From contig JABANN010000055.1 in the NCBI GenBank assembly GCA_013115125.1, positions 1 through 64,000 of the forward strand: a stretch of 64,000 nt of DNA, in the 5' to 3' direction. The notes beneath the pieces were generated by a model, which made no database searches, was not told the origin of the DNA, and was given only the letters and a program-made list of their open reading frames with translations. The translations under genes were made by a program, and so were the position numbers. Shown here one piece after another: positions 12,801-25,144 of the stretch (position 1 is its first letter; every line of letters begins with the position of its first letter). This DNA is from Perkinsus olseni (Eukaryota).

Positions 12801-14373
12801 GCAGTGGCCTCTTCGTTTGCCAACAGTGGAGTGTGCCCTATGACCAATGAAAGAGTCTTCAAGGACCAGACCATACGCTATGCCCTCAGCCTTATGTACT
12901 CCTGCGGGATGGACCAAAGGTGAGCCAACCCTTTCTTCGTTGAAGGTTGTCAAGGGAAGTAGCATTGATCACCAAGGGGTTTCTCCCGTTCGTGAGCCCT
13001 GTGACGTTGGCTATTCTATTTTTGGTACTTCTCAGGTCGGGCATGTGGGCATACAATCTCGGTATACCCGGTAAGAACTCGAACCTCGGTGCGGGTATGG
13101 CGATCGTCCCTGGCGTCCTCGGCGTTTGCGTCCACTGTCCGAGTGCTGAGTTCGGTGAGAGCTCGGCAGAGGAGACTATCAGGAAGTATGGCACCTCTGA
13201 GGAGTCCTACTCGGTAAGCTTGGAATCGAACTGCGCTTTCCTCGCCATTAATTTCATAGCAACAGTGCAGAGTCGCTGCTCCTGTCGGAATTCGATACAC
13301 CTGGGCGTTGCCGTCGAGCATGAGCTTGTCTGTCGGAAGGGCGCTGGTATGTTTGCCTGATGGTAGTTGAGTCGGAAAGGCCTGGACTTCTTCTACCACA
13401 TGGAGGAGTCCTTCAACTTCCACTTGTTCAAGCGTCATGACCCGGTGCTTCGAGCCAGCGATCGTCATGTGGACCCTACACTGTATTACGGTTCGGTCAA
13501 ACACGAGCTCACCAATCAGCTCATCATGGCCTGCGCCAGCAAAGACATCTACACAGTAGGCGTGCTTGGCTGCTGCTGGTTCGAGGCTTGGGCGAGCTTC
13601 GTTGTAGGTCCAGTACCTCCTCCAACTGGGAGTCGACCCGAATGTTGTGGACTACGACAACAGGACGGCGGTGCACCTGGCTGCTGCTTCGGGTATCTTA
13701 GGTCGAAGCACGTGTTGTACAGGGTGGATGTATTGTTCATCAGGTTGCTTGGATGCTGTGAAGTTGCTGATGGATGCCGGAGCCCATCTCAATACCCACG
13801 ATCGGTGGGGCAACACGCCGTATGATGAGGCAAAGAGGCATGGCCGTAAGAAGATAGTCGGCTTCCTCGAAGAGCTTGTCATGGAGGTAAGCGGAATTGT
13901 ACGTCCGTACAGAGTTCTCGCTGCTCGTGGAAGCGTTGCTAGTATAATGATAGTCTCACCGACGACTAGTGGCTTTAGGAGGAGTTGTTGCCTAATGCAT
14001 GATCTTCCCTGTTAGGGCTCGCCGTCGATGCGAGAAGGTCGCAAATCAAGCTCTGCCGACTCTGATGCCGCCGAGGAGGACTTCGTGAATGACGCTGAAG
14101 CAGTGATGGAGTACTTCGGTGATGTTGAGGTGAGCTCGCTCGTTGCTGGCCAAGTACATAGACGAGGGGCGGTGTCTCAATCAGGTCCTAGGAGTTGAAG
14201 GGGAGCCCGAGCTTGACAAGGAGGGGCAGCGAGGGGAGTGGAATACAGGGGTGGGTGGGGCTCAGCCCGAGCCTGCGAAACAGCTTCCTTCTCAGATGCC
14301 CGCGGAGGTTGAAGTCCTCGGGATTGACGATGAAGGTCCCTTTGAGCCCGCCGGGTCTGATGAAGAACGCTGA
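6813..14373 (+). CDS. Glutaminase with duplicated [EF-hand-like + glutaminase + ankyrin] module; second module degenerate
   Basis: [74 protein letters not shown]; ankyrin [11 protein letters not shown]. Second module has REPSGE, PHNPF, and ankyrin [12 protein letters not shown] and DRWGNTP. Confidence 0.9.
11503..11520 (+). promoter_or_regulatory. Intronic ACCGCGCGCCACGAAATT motif (function unknown)
   Basis: Identical 18-mer at 28891-28908; lies in glutaminase intron 11484-11533. Confidence 0.4.
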
Positions 14374-14639
14374 TGGTGTCTCGTCGATATTGAGATGGTC
14401 ACGCAACTTGACTACGACCTTCACATTGTTATCTATTCACCTATTAGACGTTTCCTATAGTACTGCGAATACTTGCTTAAAATGCACCTTATTGTGATCG
14501 TTGATGGGGTTGTGTTCATGTAGTGTGGGATCCGGGGACAACTACTACCACCACCACCATCACCGCTGCCATTTGCTGATGGACGTGCTCATGCTCCGAT
14601 GACGGCTATTCGAGTAGCGTTGTCACTCTTGTCCTCTGA

Positions 14640-17600
14640 ATGCGGCAGCGAGATGGTGCCGGGGCGGGTCTGAGGGATGACACGGGCTCGTACGGGGCAC
14701 CTCGTCGGCGGGCCAGGCGCTCGACAGTGAGCTTGCTGCTCTGGGGCGTATGCTTGGCGGCGGCCTATGCCTGTGGTTCGAATCTCTTCCTCGCGCCGTC
14801 ACGGGTGACTTCTCGGGCTGCTAGTCTTCGAGGAAGCGCGGTGGTGGGTAACCCCGCTGTTGGGGCCTTGTCCAGTAGAGGCCGGACTAGGAGCTGGGAC
14901 GAATCATCAGTACAATACTTGCTGGGTGCTGCTGCTGTTGCGGTAACACTCCTTTCCGTAACCCTCAGTCTCTCCCGTCACAAATCGAAGAGGTGGGTTT
15001 GTGTGGAGGTGGTCTACGCGTATGATGGCCTCTTTTCAGGGCGTCGACTGAAGGCGGCGGCTCAGCAGTGGCACGAGGATCTCTGGCGAGCTGGTGGAAC
15101 AGCATGATGTTCGACCCCAATAGAGGTCCACCGGGCTGGCCTTTATATCGTTCATCGCGGGCGCGTTGATGACCGGCACGCTCGCACTCTCAAAGGAAGA
15201 CGCAAATTCCTTTTGGTTTCATTGCAACCGCTGTCACGTATCTTACGTCGAAGCTGGTCATGCGCGAATGATATGTATCTTCGATCAGGTGATGCTGCCC
15301 GACATCAGATCGGCAAGACAGCGTTCGATGCCCTCTCCGATTCCTCGGTCCGAGCCATCCATCGTGCCCAGGAAGAGTCCATTAATCTGGCCTTCGTCCC
15401 TCTGGAGGGCCTCCTCATCGGTCTGGCCTCGGAGCGGAGCGGTGGGGCGAGCAAACTTTTGCGAGAGGCCGTGGTCCAGGTTGCGGAGCTAAAGCACCTG
15501 TCGCCGCTTCAACCGGCCGATCTGGTCAGCTGGGGTGCGGTCGAGCGGGTTCCACTCGACGACGAGGTCGTTGAGGTCGTGCGGAACAGCGTGGATACTG
15601 CTGAAGGGCCCATCACTACGGAGGCGCTGCTCGAGGGAGTGGTGGCTAGGATGCTGGCCAGGCCTGCCTTTGTGGACAAGGGGTTGAAGGATAAGCTACA
15701 GAGTGTTCTCCAACGGCTAGAAGAGTGGAAGAATGATGACACTGAAAAGATGCCGGCGGGGGGATTCGTACCTGGGACCTCCGGTGGAAGTGTTCTGGAG
15801 TCTTGTGGACGGAACCTGACTGCTTTGGCGAGAGAGGGCAAGCTCTTGAAATGCGTCGGTCGTGATGCCGAGATCGGGCGGATGGTGCAAGTGCTAAGCC
15901 GGATGACGAAGAACAACCCCGTGCTGTTGGGAGAACCAGGAGTTGGAAAGACGGCCGTAGCGGAGGGCTTGGCGCAGGTCGGTTGAAGAGAACTCTGCAC
16001 TGCTGTACCGAGAGTGTCTCTGCTGTGTAGCTCATCTCCAACGGTGAAGTGCCGGCTCACCTGGCTGATGTCGCTATCTGGGACGTCTCCATCGGCAGTC
16101 TGCTGGCCGGTACCAAGTACCGAGGAGAGTTCGAGGAGAGGTTAAAGAAGCTCGTCAAGGAGGCGACTGAGGCCCATGGAAAGGTCGTCGGCTGTTGCTG
16201 CTGTCCTCCCATCTCCGAGGTTCTGGTTGGTCCATCAGATAATCTTGCTCATAGACGAGCTTCACACTATCGTCGGGGCCGGAGCGACAGGCGACGGTGC
16301 GATAGATGCGGCCAATATCCTCAAACCAGCACTCAGCCGAGGGGAGCTTCGCGTCATCGGTGCGACCACTCAGTCCGAATATGATAAGGTGAAGTGTTGG
16401 TATCACTGCGCCACGAAATTATTTAGTTATGTCTTTTCGTAGTACATTGCGAAGGATCCTGCACTAGAGCGACGCTTCCAACCGGTGGTCGTGCCGGAGC
16501 CCACTCAGGACCAAGCTGTCGAGATGCTCATGGGAGTGGCGGGTCTGTATGAAGAGCACCACTTCGTCGGGTGAGTCCCCCTCGACATCTGACAGACTGA
16601 ATAGCCTATGGAATCCTTGCTTGCGTGTGACAGGTTCACTGATGATGCTATAAAGGCGTGCGTGAAGTTATCCTCTCGATACATACCGAGCCGTCGCCTG
16701 CCAGATTCGGCACTGGACGCAATGGACGAGGCAGCAGCACGGAAGCGAATTCAGCAAGGGGCGGTATGCCCGTTCTTACGGACATTGTGATAGCCTATCG
16801 TTCTTTCAGCGCCCCAGCAGTCGTGTGGAGGTGACCGCGAATGACGTTGCGCAGACTGTAGCTCAGTGGACGGGGATACCACTCGAGGAGGTTGGTCGTC
16901 CTTATGACAGTTCTTTCGAGACTTCTGTGCTCAGCTGACCAAGGACGAGTCGGCCAGGCTTCTGAATATGGAAGGGCGGCTAGACGCCAGAGTGATAGGG
17001 CAGAAGAGGGCGACCAGCGCTGTCGCAAGAGCGATACGCCGAGCCCGAGTTGGCGTGAGAGGTGGGTGTCTGTTGAACGACCGTTGCCGCTGTTCTTGCA
17101 ACTCCTTATTGAAGGTGTGGGCAACAAACGACCGACAGCCTGTTTCCTCTTCTGTGGGCCCACGGGGGTCGGTAAAACGGAGCTCAGTAAGGCCCTGTCT
17201 GACGAGTACTTCGGCGCGGAAGGACGCAATATGGTGAGTCGCCTCGTGTGAGCTCTGTGTGACTGTGAGGCAGATACGGCTGGACATGTCGGAGTTCATG
17301 GAACGCCACAGCGTATCCAAACTCATCGGCTCTCCCCCTGGATACGTCGGCTACGATTCAAACTCGGGCGGTGTGCTCACGGATCGAGTCCGTAGGCAAC
17401 CTCATAGTCTAGTATTGATTGATGAAGTAGAGAAGGCACACCCTGACGTCCTCAATATCCTGCTACAGGTAGGATACCCTCTGCCTGTCCTGCTGCCTTG
17501 GGCTGATCGAGTTGCAGGTGATGGACGATGGTCGACTGACTGATAGCCACGGTCGGCTTGCTGACTTCTCTAATGTTATTCTCGTTATGACCTCCAACGT

Positions 17601-18152
17601 CGGCAGCAGCATCGAGGATCTCAAACGCCACTTCCGTCCAGAGTTCATCAACCGCATAGACGAGGTCAGTCGTCGCCACCTGGACATCGGCGTCTCGTAC
17701 ACGAGTAGCAGGTCATTCCCTTCGCCAGCTTGACAGAGGAGGATATTGTGCGGGTCGTGGGCCTTTACGTCAGCCGGCTCCAGGCTGCACTGAGGGAGCA
17801 GTATAACATCGACCTTAAGGTTACTGATGGGTGGGGCTCAGGAGTAAGGTGAATCGTGAGCTGCTGATTTGCCCTTCTTCTAGGCTGACGATGGCACTTG
17901 GTAAAGAAGGCTACAGTGCTGAGTTTGGTGCTCGGCATCTCAACCGGGTGATGCAGGCTCGAGTGGAAGATCCGATAGCTGAACTGGTGAGCTTTCTAGG
18001 AATCCTTCTCGCTCTGGACTCGTTTGACGGACGGGACCTCTCAGCTGTCCTGCCGGTCACGTGACGAGACTCCTGTCGAACTCGAACTCATATCAGGTGT
18101 TGCGCGAGAAGATACACCGAGGAGAAGAGATGGTAGCCGATTACGATGGTGA
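14640..18152 (+). CDS. clpC: ClpC-type AAA+ chaperone with predicted plastid-targeting leader
   Basis: Clp-N (AIHRAQEE). NBD1: [53 protein letters not shown]2: [47 protein letters not shown]. Confidence 0.88.
16407..16420 (+). promoter_or_regulatory. Intronic TGCGCCACGAAATT motif copy
   Basis: Shares the 13-mer GCGCCACGAAATT with 11503 and 28891; lies in the ClpC intron starting at 16389. Confidence 0.35.
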
Positions 18153-19228
18153 AAGGGATATGATAGTCTTCCGCAATGGCAACGATGATATATTGACAGA
18201 GATGAAGTGCTCCGATCAAACGTCTGCCGGTGACTAGTAAATATTATGGTTTCTAGTAGCGTGGGCTGTTGAGTCATCAAGTCATGCCGTCGTCGAAGTC
18301 TACGACTGTTCGAATGATAAATGTGACGTGGCGGTGAAAAAGGACCCAAGCGCGCTATGGTCGCGATAGACACACAACTTCGAGAACTCAAACACGTGAA
18401 TGAGAACTTCGCGACTGACGGGTGCACTTCAGCAAACGATGAGGCGCATGGAAGCAAGCACCACGCTCGAAAAGCATCGTTCGCCCCAATTCGAGCGGGA
18501 AGGAGCAGGAGTCGGGTTTCCGCCGCTGGCCCTCACGGCGTCTCCACAAGCACCCTCAGATTGAAACTGTCCTTATATACGAGCAATACATGACTTCATT
18601 ATCACGTATCCCTGCTCTAAGGCTTCGACCGACTTCTTCTGCGCCTTCCTCCATCCTCGCGATCTTCGTCCCAGCTGCTGCCGTCAAGAGGTCATCCGGC
18701 CTTGGTCCGAGCTGCAGGTTTTTTTTCTTAGCAAATATCCAATTGCGGGCCTATTGGATATTGGATAGTGGGCGTCTCCACAAGCTCTTGAACTGTTAGC
18801 GTCAGCAAGAGAGGACGCCTTATGTCTGGGAGGGACAGCCATACCCGGGCCGACTTCGATGTGAGGCTGCCACGTCCGAGCTCTAACAGAGTTTTCCGGA
18901 TTTGGCTGCCGCAGGGCCTGTCCTTGGTCCTCGGAGTGACGGCACTTCATATCTCGATGATGTAAGAAAGATTTTAAGAGCACCACCGAGGGGCGTGCTC
19001 GAGGCTAAGATCCTCCTGGGCACCGCTCCGGAGAAGTTCATTCAGGATGTGAGATTTAATACTACAAGGTAAGAGTACTAGTTTCCCTATCCTAGTGTAG
19101 GATATAGGATTCCTAGAGGCACCTTCTCTTGCCAATGATCCGGGCGAGTTGATTAACTCGCACCGGTTTCAGAGGATGTATCAACAGTTTGCCGGAGGAC
19201 CCCCAGGATTCGATTGTGCCCCACTCAC

Positions 19229-20010
19229 ATGCTCCCCACGACCATCATCACTGGCTTGATTATGATCAGCGAGCATACAGGGTGCTTTGCTGCCTCGGCT
19301 AGTAATAACTATGTCAGAGTTCACGATACGTATCATAGCCCGACGCACATATTCAAGGTAGGATCTCTCACCCTCTTGTGCAGGCTGTGAGCGCACAAGA
19401 ATCACCAACTCCAACTGCTGTAGATGTACCGTTCGATCCCTCGGATCAGTCTTGTCAGTGGCGAAGCGCCGAACGTGAGGCTAACTTACGCGTCGTTTTT
19501 CATGACTCCCTTAGAGTTGCGTTCCTCATTCAGGACTCCTGCGTGGTACATGAGATGTATGATCTGCCCTATGTTGCGTGCGCGATCACCCACGTGCGGA
19601 GAATCGACGATTATAAACTGTCTTTCCGCGTCACCAGAGATGGGATAAGTACCGTTATACTGAGGTGTCCGAAGTTCACTTTCCTAGGGTACGATAACTC
19701 GTATCTCTGAGCTCGAGTGCATTGACGCGTCAGGCACGACATTGCGGCGGTTACTGCGTCCCACGACGACAAGTTCGGCAGCAGAACATTCACCGACCCT
19801 TTGACTAGAATGAACTCCAACGCCCACGAGAAGGAAGCAGGCGCGAGGTGTTTGGCAGCAGCGAACATAATCATGAATGCAACAGTGCCTGATGGCGTCG
19901 CAGCCGGTGAAGATGCTTTCGACACGTTCCACGATGCTATCTGCGCGATCTACGCGAATAATGCACTCGCAGTGGGGCCCTCCGGAATGGGCCTTGTCCG
20001 CAACAACTAG
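19229..20010 (+). CDS. Unknown Cys-patterned putative secreted family, paralogue 1
   Basis: SCVV..VACAI..LSFRVTRDGISTVILRCPKFTFLG|..FTDPL..ARCLAAANII..GEDAFDTFHDAICAIY. Start codon tentative. Confidence 0.7.
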
Positions 20011-20767
20011 CCTCGAATCATTAGCTTGCTCGAGGAGCCCATGTTGCTCTTTTCACTGTTGGTACCATGCTAGACTTCATAAATCTGCTCACTCAATATT
20101 GTTCCGATGATGTTGGTGATGCGAAGAGCTCGAACGCTCCGAGTTTTCACCCCCGGGACGATAAGCGGGAGGAGGAGACATGGCCCAGTAAAGACGATGT
20201 CGCCAGCTCGTCGCCTAATCTCTACGAGATCTACGTCGTGATATTTAGAAATCAATCTCACTTGGAGGACGCTGAATATCATTGAAGGGCTAGTTTCGCT
20301 TCCGGGTGTTCCGATGAATCTTCAGTATCTCACTTGCCCATGCTCACATGCGTCTAACCACTACCATCGCCAGCTTGCTCGTCCTTATTGAAAGAACCGA
20401 CTGTGTTGGTGCTTCAGCGGAGCATAGCTCTAAACACATAATAAAGGTGAGATTCTCCCAGATTCGGACTCTTAAGGCGAGTCAACTCTGCTACACGGCG
20501 GTTACAATGCAACCTTAGTCGCAGTGCTGAATGGACCATATGCACTACTGTGGAGCCTCTATAGTCTCAGTTCTGCATCGGAATTACCACAATTATGCTT
20601 GGTGGGCTCGCCCCGGTTCGCGGTAGACCCCATGGGTCTGGCGAGAAGCAAGTATCGAAAACCTAGGGGCGCATTAGAAGACCATCCCTCGGCTGTCTGG
20701 CGGAGAAGAAGCAACCGTGGCTGTTGCTGTCGTCATGCTTCTTTGAATCTATCATTGGGTTATCGTC

Positions 20768-21481
20768 ATGCTCATGGTTATCGGGGTGGACATATTGATA
20801 ACCACTGTGACCGAGTCTAGTTCCCTGACGACCCAGTCTCTGCCCTGAGTAGAATGCGAGCCCGAGCGCTCGTCTAGCGGACATCGTCCCCCGGACGAGG
20901 ACTGTTCGCTCACGAGCATTCGAACTGTAGTCATCAGCGTGCATGCAGCGAATTCTCTCTTCGTGTTCAGGGCTCCTGCATGGTGCTGGAGGATTATAAA
21001 CTCCCTGATATATCGTGCGGGATCAAGAACACGAAGGTGGATGACGTTCGTATAGTGTCCTTCAGTATAGGGGACTATGGAATGAAAACGATTCGCCTGG
21101 GGTGTCCAAGGGTTACATACAGCGGGTAGAGGGATCTGCGACCTTCTGCTTGCTCAAAGCGAAACGGTCAGGTACGCGAATACCAGGTACAGATATATGA
21201 GAATGGAAAATGGGAAGCGGAGGAGGGTGCGGGATATCACGGTCATCGCTGAGTACGGCCCTTCGAATTCTGAAAGCCTTCAATTTCCGGACCCCTTGAG
21301 GGGTGACAAGTCCCAATCTCATACCAGAGAGCAGGGAGAGAGATGCGTGGCAGCAGCAAACAGGATCATGGAGGTTGTTGGCGCCCATGACATTCCTGAC
21401 GGTGAAGACGCCTTCAACAAGTTCCACAACGCTATCTGCGTGTTCTACGAGAGACCCACTCATCAAGTTATGAGGAACTAA
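20768..21481 (+). CDS. Same family, paralogue 2 (5' exon uncertain)
   Basis: GSCMV..ISCGI..VSFSIGDYGMKTIRLGCPRVTYSG|..FPDPL..ERCVAAANRIM..GEDAFNKFHNAICVFY. Confidence 0.7.
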
Positions 21482-21928
21482 GCTGCCGTTAACAACAGTC
21501 AGTGGTATTCGCCAAGGAGGAGGTTGTTCGGTTGAGCCTTCGCATTGGTTTGTGCTGAACAGATTTCCGTCACTCTTGTCCGCGGCATGTTTATCAGATG
21601 TTCGTTACACACATGTTTCCAGCCCTTGCGTTTCATATACACGGCTGGTCACCAGCTGGGTCTTTGACAATCTTCAGGGATTGCAAGTCGTATCAGCGGA
21701 AAGAGCCAGCCGCCGCCGGGGGCGCTGCTGCTGCTCACTCGCTCGTTTCGTTAAATGATTTATCAGGAATCATTCGATTAATGACTCTGCAGGTACTCCG
21801 AATGACTGTGTGAATTTTTCGGACCGTGGGTTAATCCAACACCGGGCAGCTTTTCATACGCGTGGCTTCATCAGCTCACGCGCTTCTAGATATCAGCTCC
21901 CCCGACTCAGATTCAGAGACCCATCTCA

Positions 21929-22807
21929 ATGCCGAGGACCCAGCCGTTCACTTCCGTCGCCGTCCTGGTTGTTATGGTGGACCTGTCTGGTCCTCGTGTA
22001 CATGCCCTGGCTGGAGGTCATCAACGTTCTCCCTCGTCTCTTCCTCGCTTTCGGGTAGTTTTCTAGACTAGGCGGCGTACTGCCGAGCAATCACTGCCTG
22101 GAATTGCTGCTCTCCCGAAAAGATCAGCAGAAATGTATTCAACTGGAGTTCCGGGATGCACCTTCATCAAGCTTTCCCCCATACCTGGTACCTCCCGCCA
22201 AGTCAACAGCAAGGCTCGCTCAAAAGCCGGGACTACGCGCTCGATCACGTCATCATCGCTGATTGACTAATTGTGACCGCTATCTTCTCGACTCCCGCAT
22301 TATCTATTGTTCAGGCCACGCGTATGACTGAGGAAAAAACCGACTCTTTTGGGGTACTGTGCCTCTTCCATCACGAAGACACGCCTGACAATGTTCGTAT
22401 GACTTTCCGCCTTCATGAAGACGGCATACGGGCTGAGAAGCTCCAGTGCCCGAAAGTCCTCTACACAGGGTGAACAACTACAGCTAGATGGCACACGTAC
22501 GTCCAGGTGGTATTCCTTCAGGCTCCCTGACGGTGTGGTTGAGGCTTCCCATGCGGCAGCAGATGTGGATAGGATAAACTTCGCCGATCCTCTCCTCGGA
22601 GTGGACTCCGATGCCCACAAGCACGACGATCGGAGATGTGAAAGAGTTGAGGAAATTCTCAGGCAGGCTACAGCGCGTGAGGACACTCCCGCAAGCGGAG
22701 ATTCTTTCAATGATCTGTACAAGGGCATCTGTATGTTATACGAAAGTCATGCTGTGACAGCCCTGAGAGAACGTCGATATTTGGACGCGTATTTTAACAA
22801 AGAATAG
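21929..22807 (+). CDS. Same family, paralogue 3
   Basis: Hydrophobic N-terminus MPRTQPFTSVAVLVVM; GVLCLF..MTFRLHEDGIRAEKLQCPKVLYTG|..FADPL..RRCERVEEIL..GDSFNDLYKGICMLY. Confidence 0.75.
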
Positions 22808-23431
22808 CCTCCCAGTGGCATCCAGATTCCCAGCAGAGGCTGCCTCTCTTCGCTTCGGACAGGCTACCACGCAGGGAGGCCCCCCGGCATGCATTTATAT
22901 GTTGAGCTAATGTGTGTCTGTCCTGTCGTGGTGGATCGAGTTGAAAATTCCGCGTGGTTTGGCAGAACGATCATTGAGGGAGTGTGCGCTTGTTTCTATA
23001 GAAAGCCACGCTGAGTGTGCCAGTGTGGAAGAATTGGATAGGTATGAAGCTGAGCGATGCAACAGATGGTTGGACAGATCCGGTGTGAGTCGTAGAGCTC
23101 GTCGACGGACGAGAGAGGAGGTTAGCGAGGATACTCCTGCAGATGTCCAGATATACCCTCACCACGAGCAGCTGCTGATGAGAGCCTGCGGAAGCAGCTG
23201 AACACAAGAAAAATTGCGTTTCTCCCGTACGCGACCCTGAGTAACTATTCACAACACCTGATCGAGGCAGTTGCTTATTCTCGGGATGTGCTGTCAGTCT
23301 GGGTTAAGATTCCCCTGCTGTCGAACTTGGGGGTTGTTCGACGAGGGATGGCTTCCGCAGGATTTCTGCTCATCGAGGCCTGAAGGGCTTCGACGCCGAA
23401 TCTCCTTCCCCGAATCAGAACATCCCCTTTA

Positions 23432-24189
23432 ATGCCAAAGAAGCTTTCCGCCACTTTCATTGCCGCCCTGTTCTCCGCCGGGGCGATGACTAGTCATGTC
23501 GATGCCTCGCTCAGGAATCGACGTACTTTCCGCTCGAGGAGTTCTCGAAAACGGGTAGTCCTAGAGTTGGGTCGATACCCCCTGGAGATTCTCCCGCGCT
23601 GCAAAGAAATTACTGCATAAGAATCTCCTTCTCTGGGACAATGTTAGGCCTATGTTTCTCGACAATTGTCACTGACAGATATCGTTCAAAGACATCTTCC
23701 GTTCCTGTTCAGAACACGTTTATGACTGAGGAGAAATTCGACATGTTGGCGTGGCGTGTATCTTCCATCACAAAGACGAGCCTGAGGTCCACACATTGGG
23801 GTTCCGTGTTAACGAAGACGGCATACAAGCCGAGAAACTCGAGTGCCCGAAAGTTCTCTACACAGGGTGAACGACTACAGCTGGATGACATTTGGTTGGC
23901 CAGTTGGTATTTCTTCAGGCTCTCCAACGGTGTGGTTGAGGCTACTCATGATGGACCAAATTCGCATAGGATAAACTTCGCCGATCCTCTCCTCGGAGTG
24001 GAGTCCGATGCCCACATGCACGACGAAAGAAGGTGTCAAAGAGTTCAGGAAATTCTCGCGCAGGCTACAGCTCCACATCGCGTGTTCCCTGCTACTGGAG
24101 ATTCGTTCAACGATCTGTACGACGGCTCTACGCAACCCATGCTGACAGAGCTGAGCTTGCCGAGTGAAAGAAGACAGCCAATGATATGA
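23432..24189 (+). pseudogene. Same family, paralogue 4, with two frameshifts
   Basis: Close DNA similarity to paralogue 3. A 1-nt deletion near 23747 and an approximately 10-nt deletion near 24126 break the frame. Confidence 0.65.
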
Positions 24190-24391
24190 TCGGGTAACAC
24201 ACTTGAAGCTTCACGAGCCTTATTAACATGTTTATTTTTGGATGTAACGATATCTGCTCAGTAGCGATGGGTTGGGTTGTCAAATGCCCATGGTTCGATT
24301 TCTGAGAAGACGCATAGGGGAATTTTCCCAAGCGAACTCGATTCCTGCTCAATGAAAGGTCTCGCGTTGAGCTGTAGGGTGTTGTTGCGAC

Positions 24392-25144
24392 ATGTACCCT
24401 CGCTCATCATTCCTAGTTGGCATCACTCTCCGGCAAGCTCCGATCGAAGCGGTGCGTGCCACGCCTAAGAAACTCGCGGATAACCAGCTGAAAGCTTTCA
24501 TTGCAGTGAGTTTCAGATTGCGGCGGGCAACCCTAAGAACCGTCAACATTCACAAATCGCTCTATCATCACGCAATCGACGACGGACGTGTCCCGTTTTT
24601 CAGGAATCGTGCTCCGTCGAGGTTCTCGGGGAGAGTCCGTTTGATGATGCTATTCTATGCGACACGCAAAGAACTTCCACTAACCAAGAGTTCCCAAACC
24701 CCGACGTGGGGCTGTTCTTCGAGGTGACGGGATCCGTGGTTACAACGGAAGTCCTTACGTGCACTGAAGCCACCTATGCCGCAGAAGATGTGCACATCGG
24801 GTGAGGCGAGGTCACGGCAGTCCGTCTACTAAGTCCAGCCCGACTGGAAGACCAGGGCCTTATCGCATTAGGCATTGTCCTCTCACTTCAGGAAGACGGG
24901 AGTGGTGACCATTAAGAGCCGTCAAGGGAAGGCAGCGCACAGAAACGGCATGCCTGACCCCCTCAAGAGTTTGAGCTTCGACATCCAATCCGCTGCCGGG
25001 CCGCAGGAGCGTTGCTCCTCGGTAGTGGAACAGCTGTATAGGAAGTACAGCGGAGGTCAGAAGACAAGCCGCAGCGCCTTCGACGTGATCATATTCGGGC
25101 TCTGTGCAGCATACAACACGCAAGCAGGAGTGAGGGACAGTTAG
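24392..25144 (+). CDS. Same family, divergent paralogue 5
   Basis: AILCD..LFFEVTGSVVTTEVLTCTEATY..G|..MPDPL..ERCSSVVEQL..SAFDVIIFGLCAAY. Confidence 0.6.

Noticed and set aside
18732-18760. 10-bp inverted repeat AATATCCAAT/ATTGGATATT (smaller hairpins near 19085 and 44930)
   Set aside because: Isolated, with no target-site duplication or second copy; compatible with chance.
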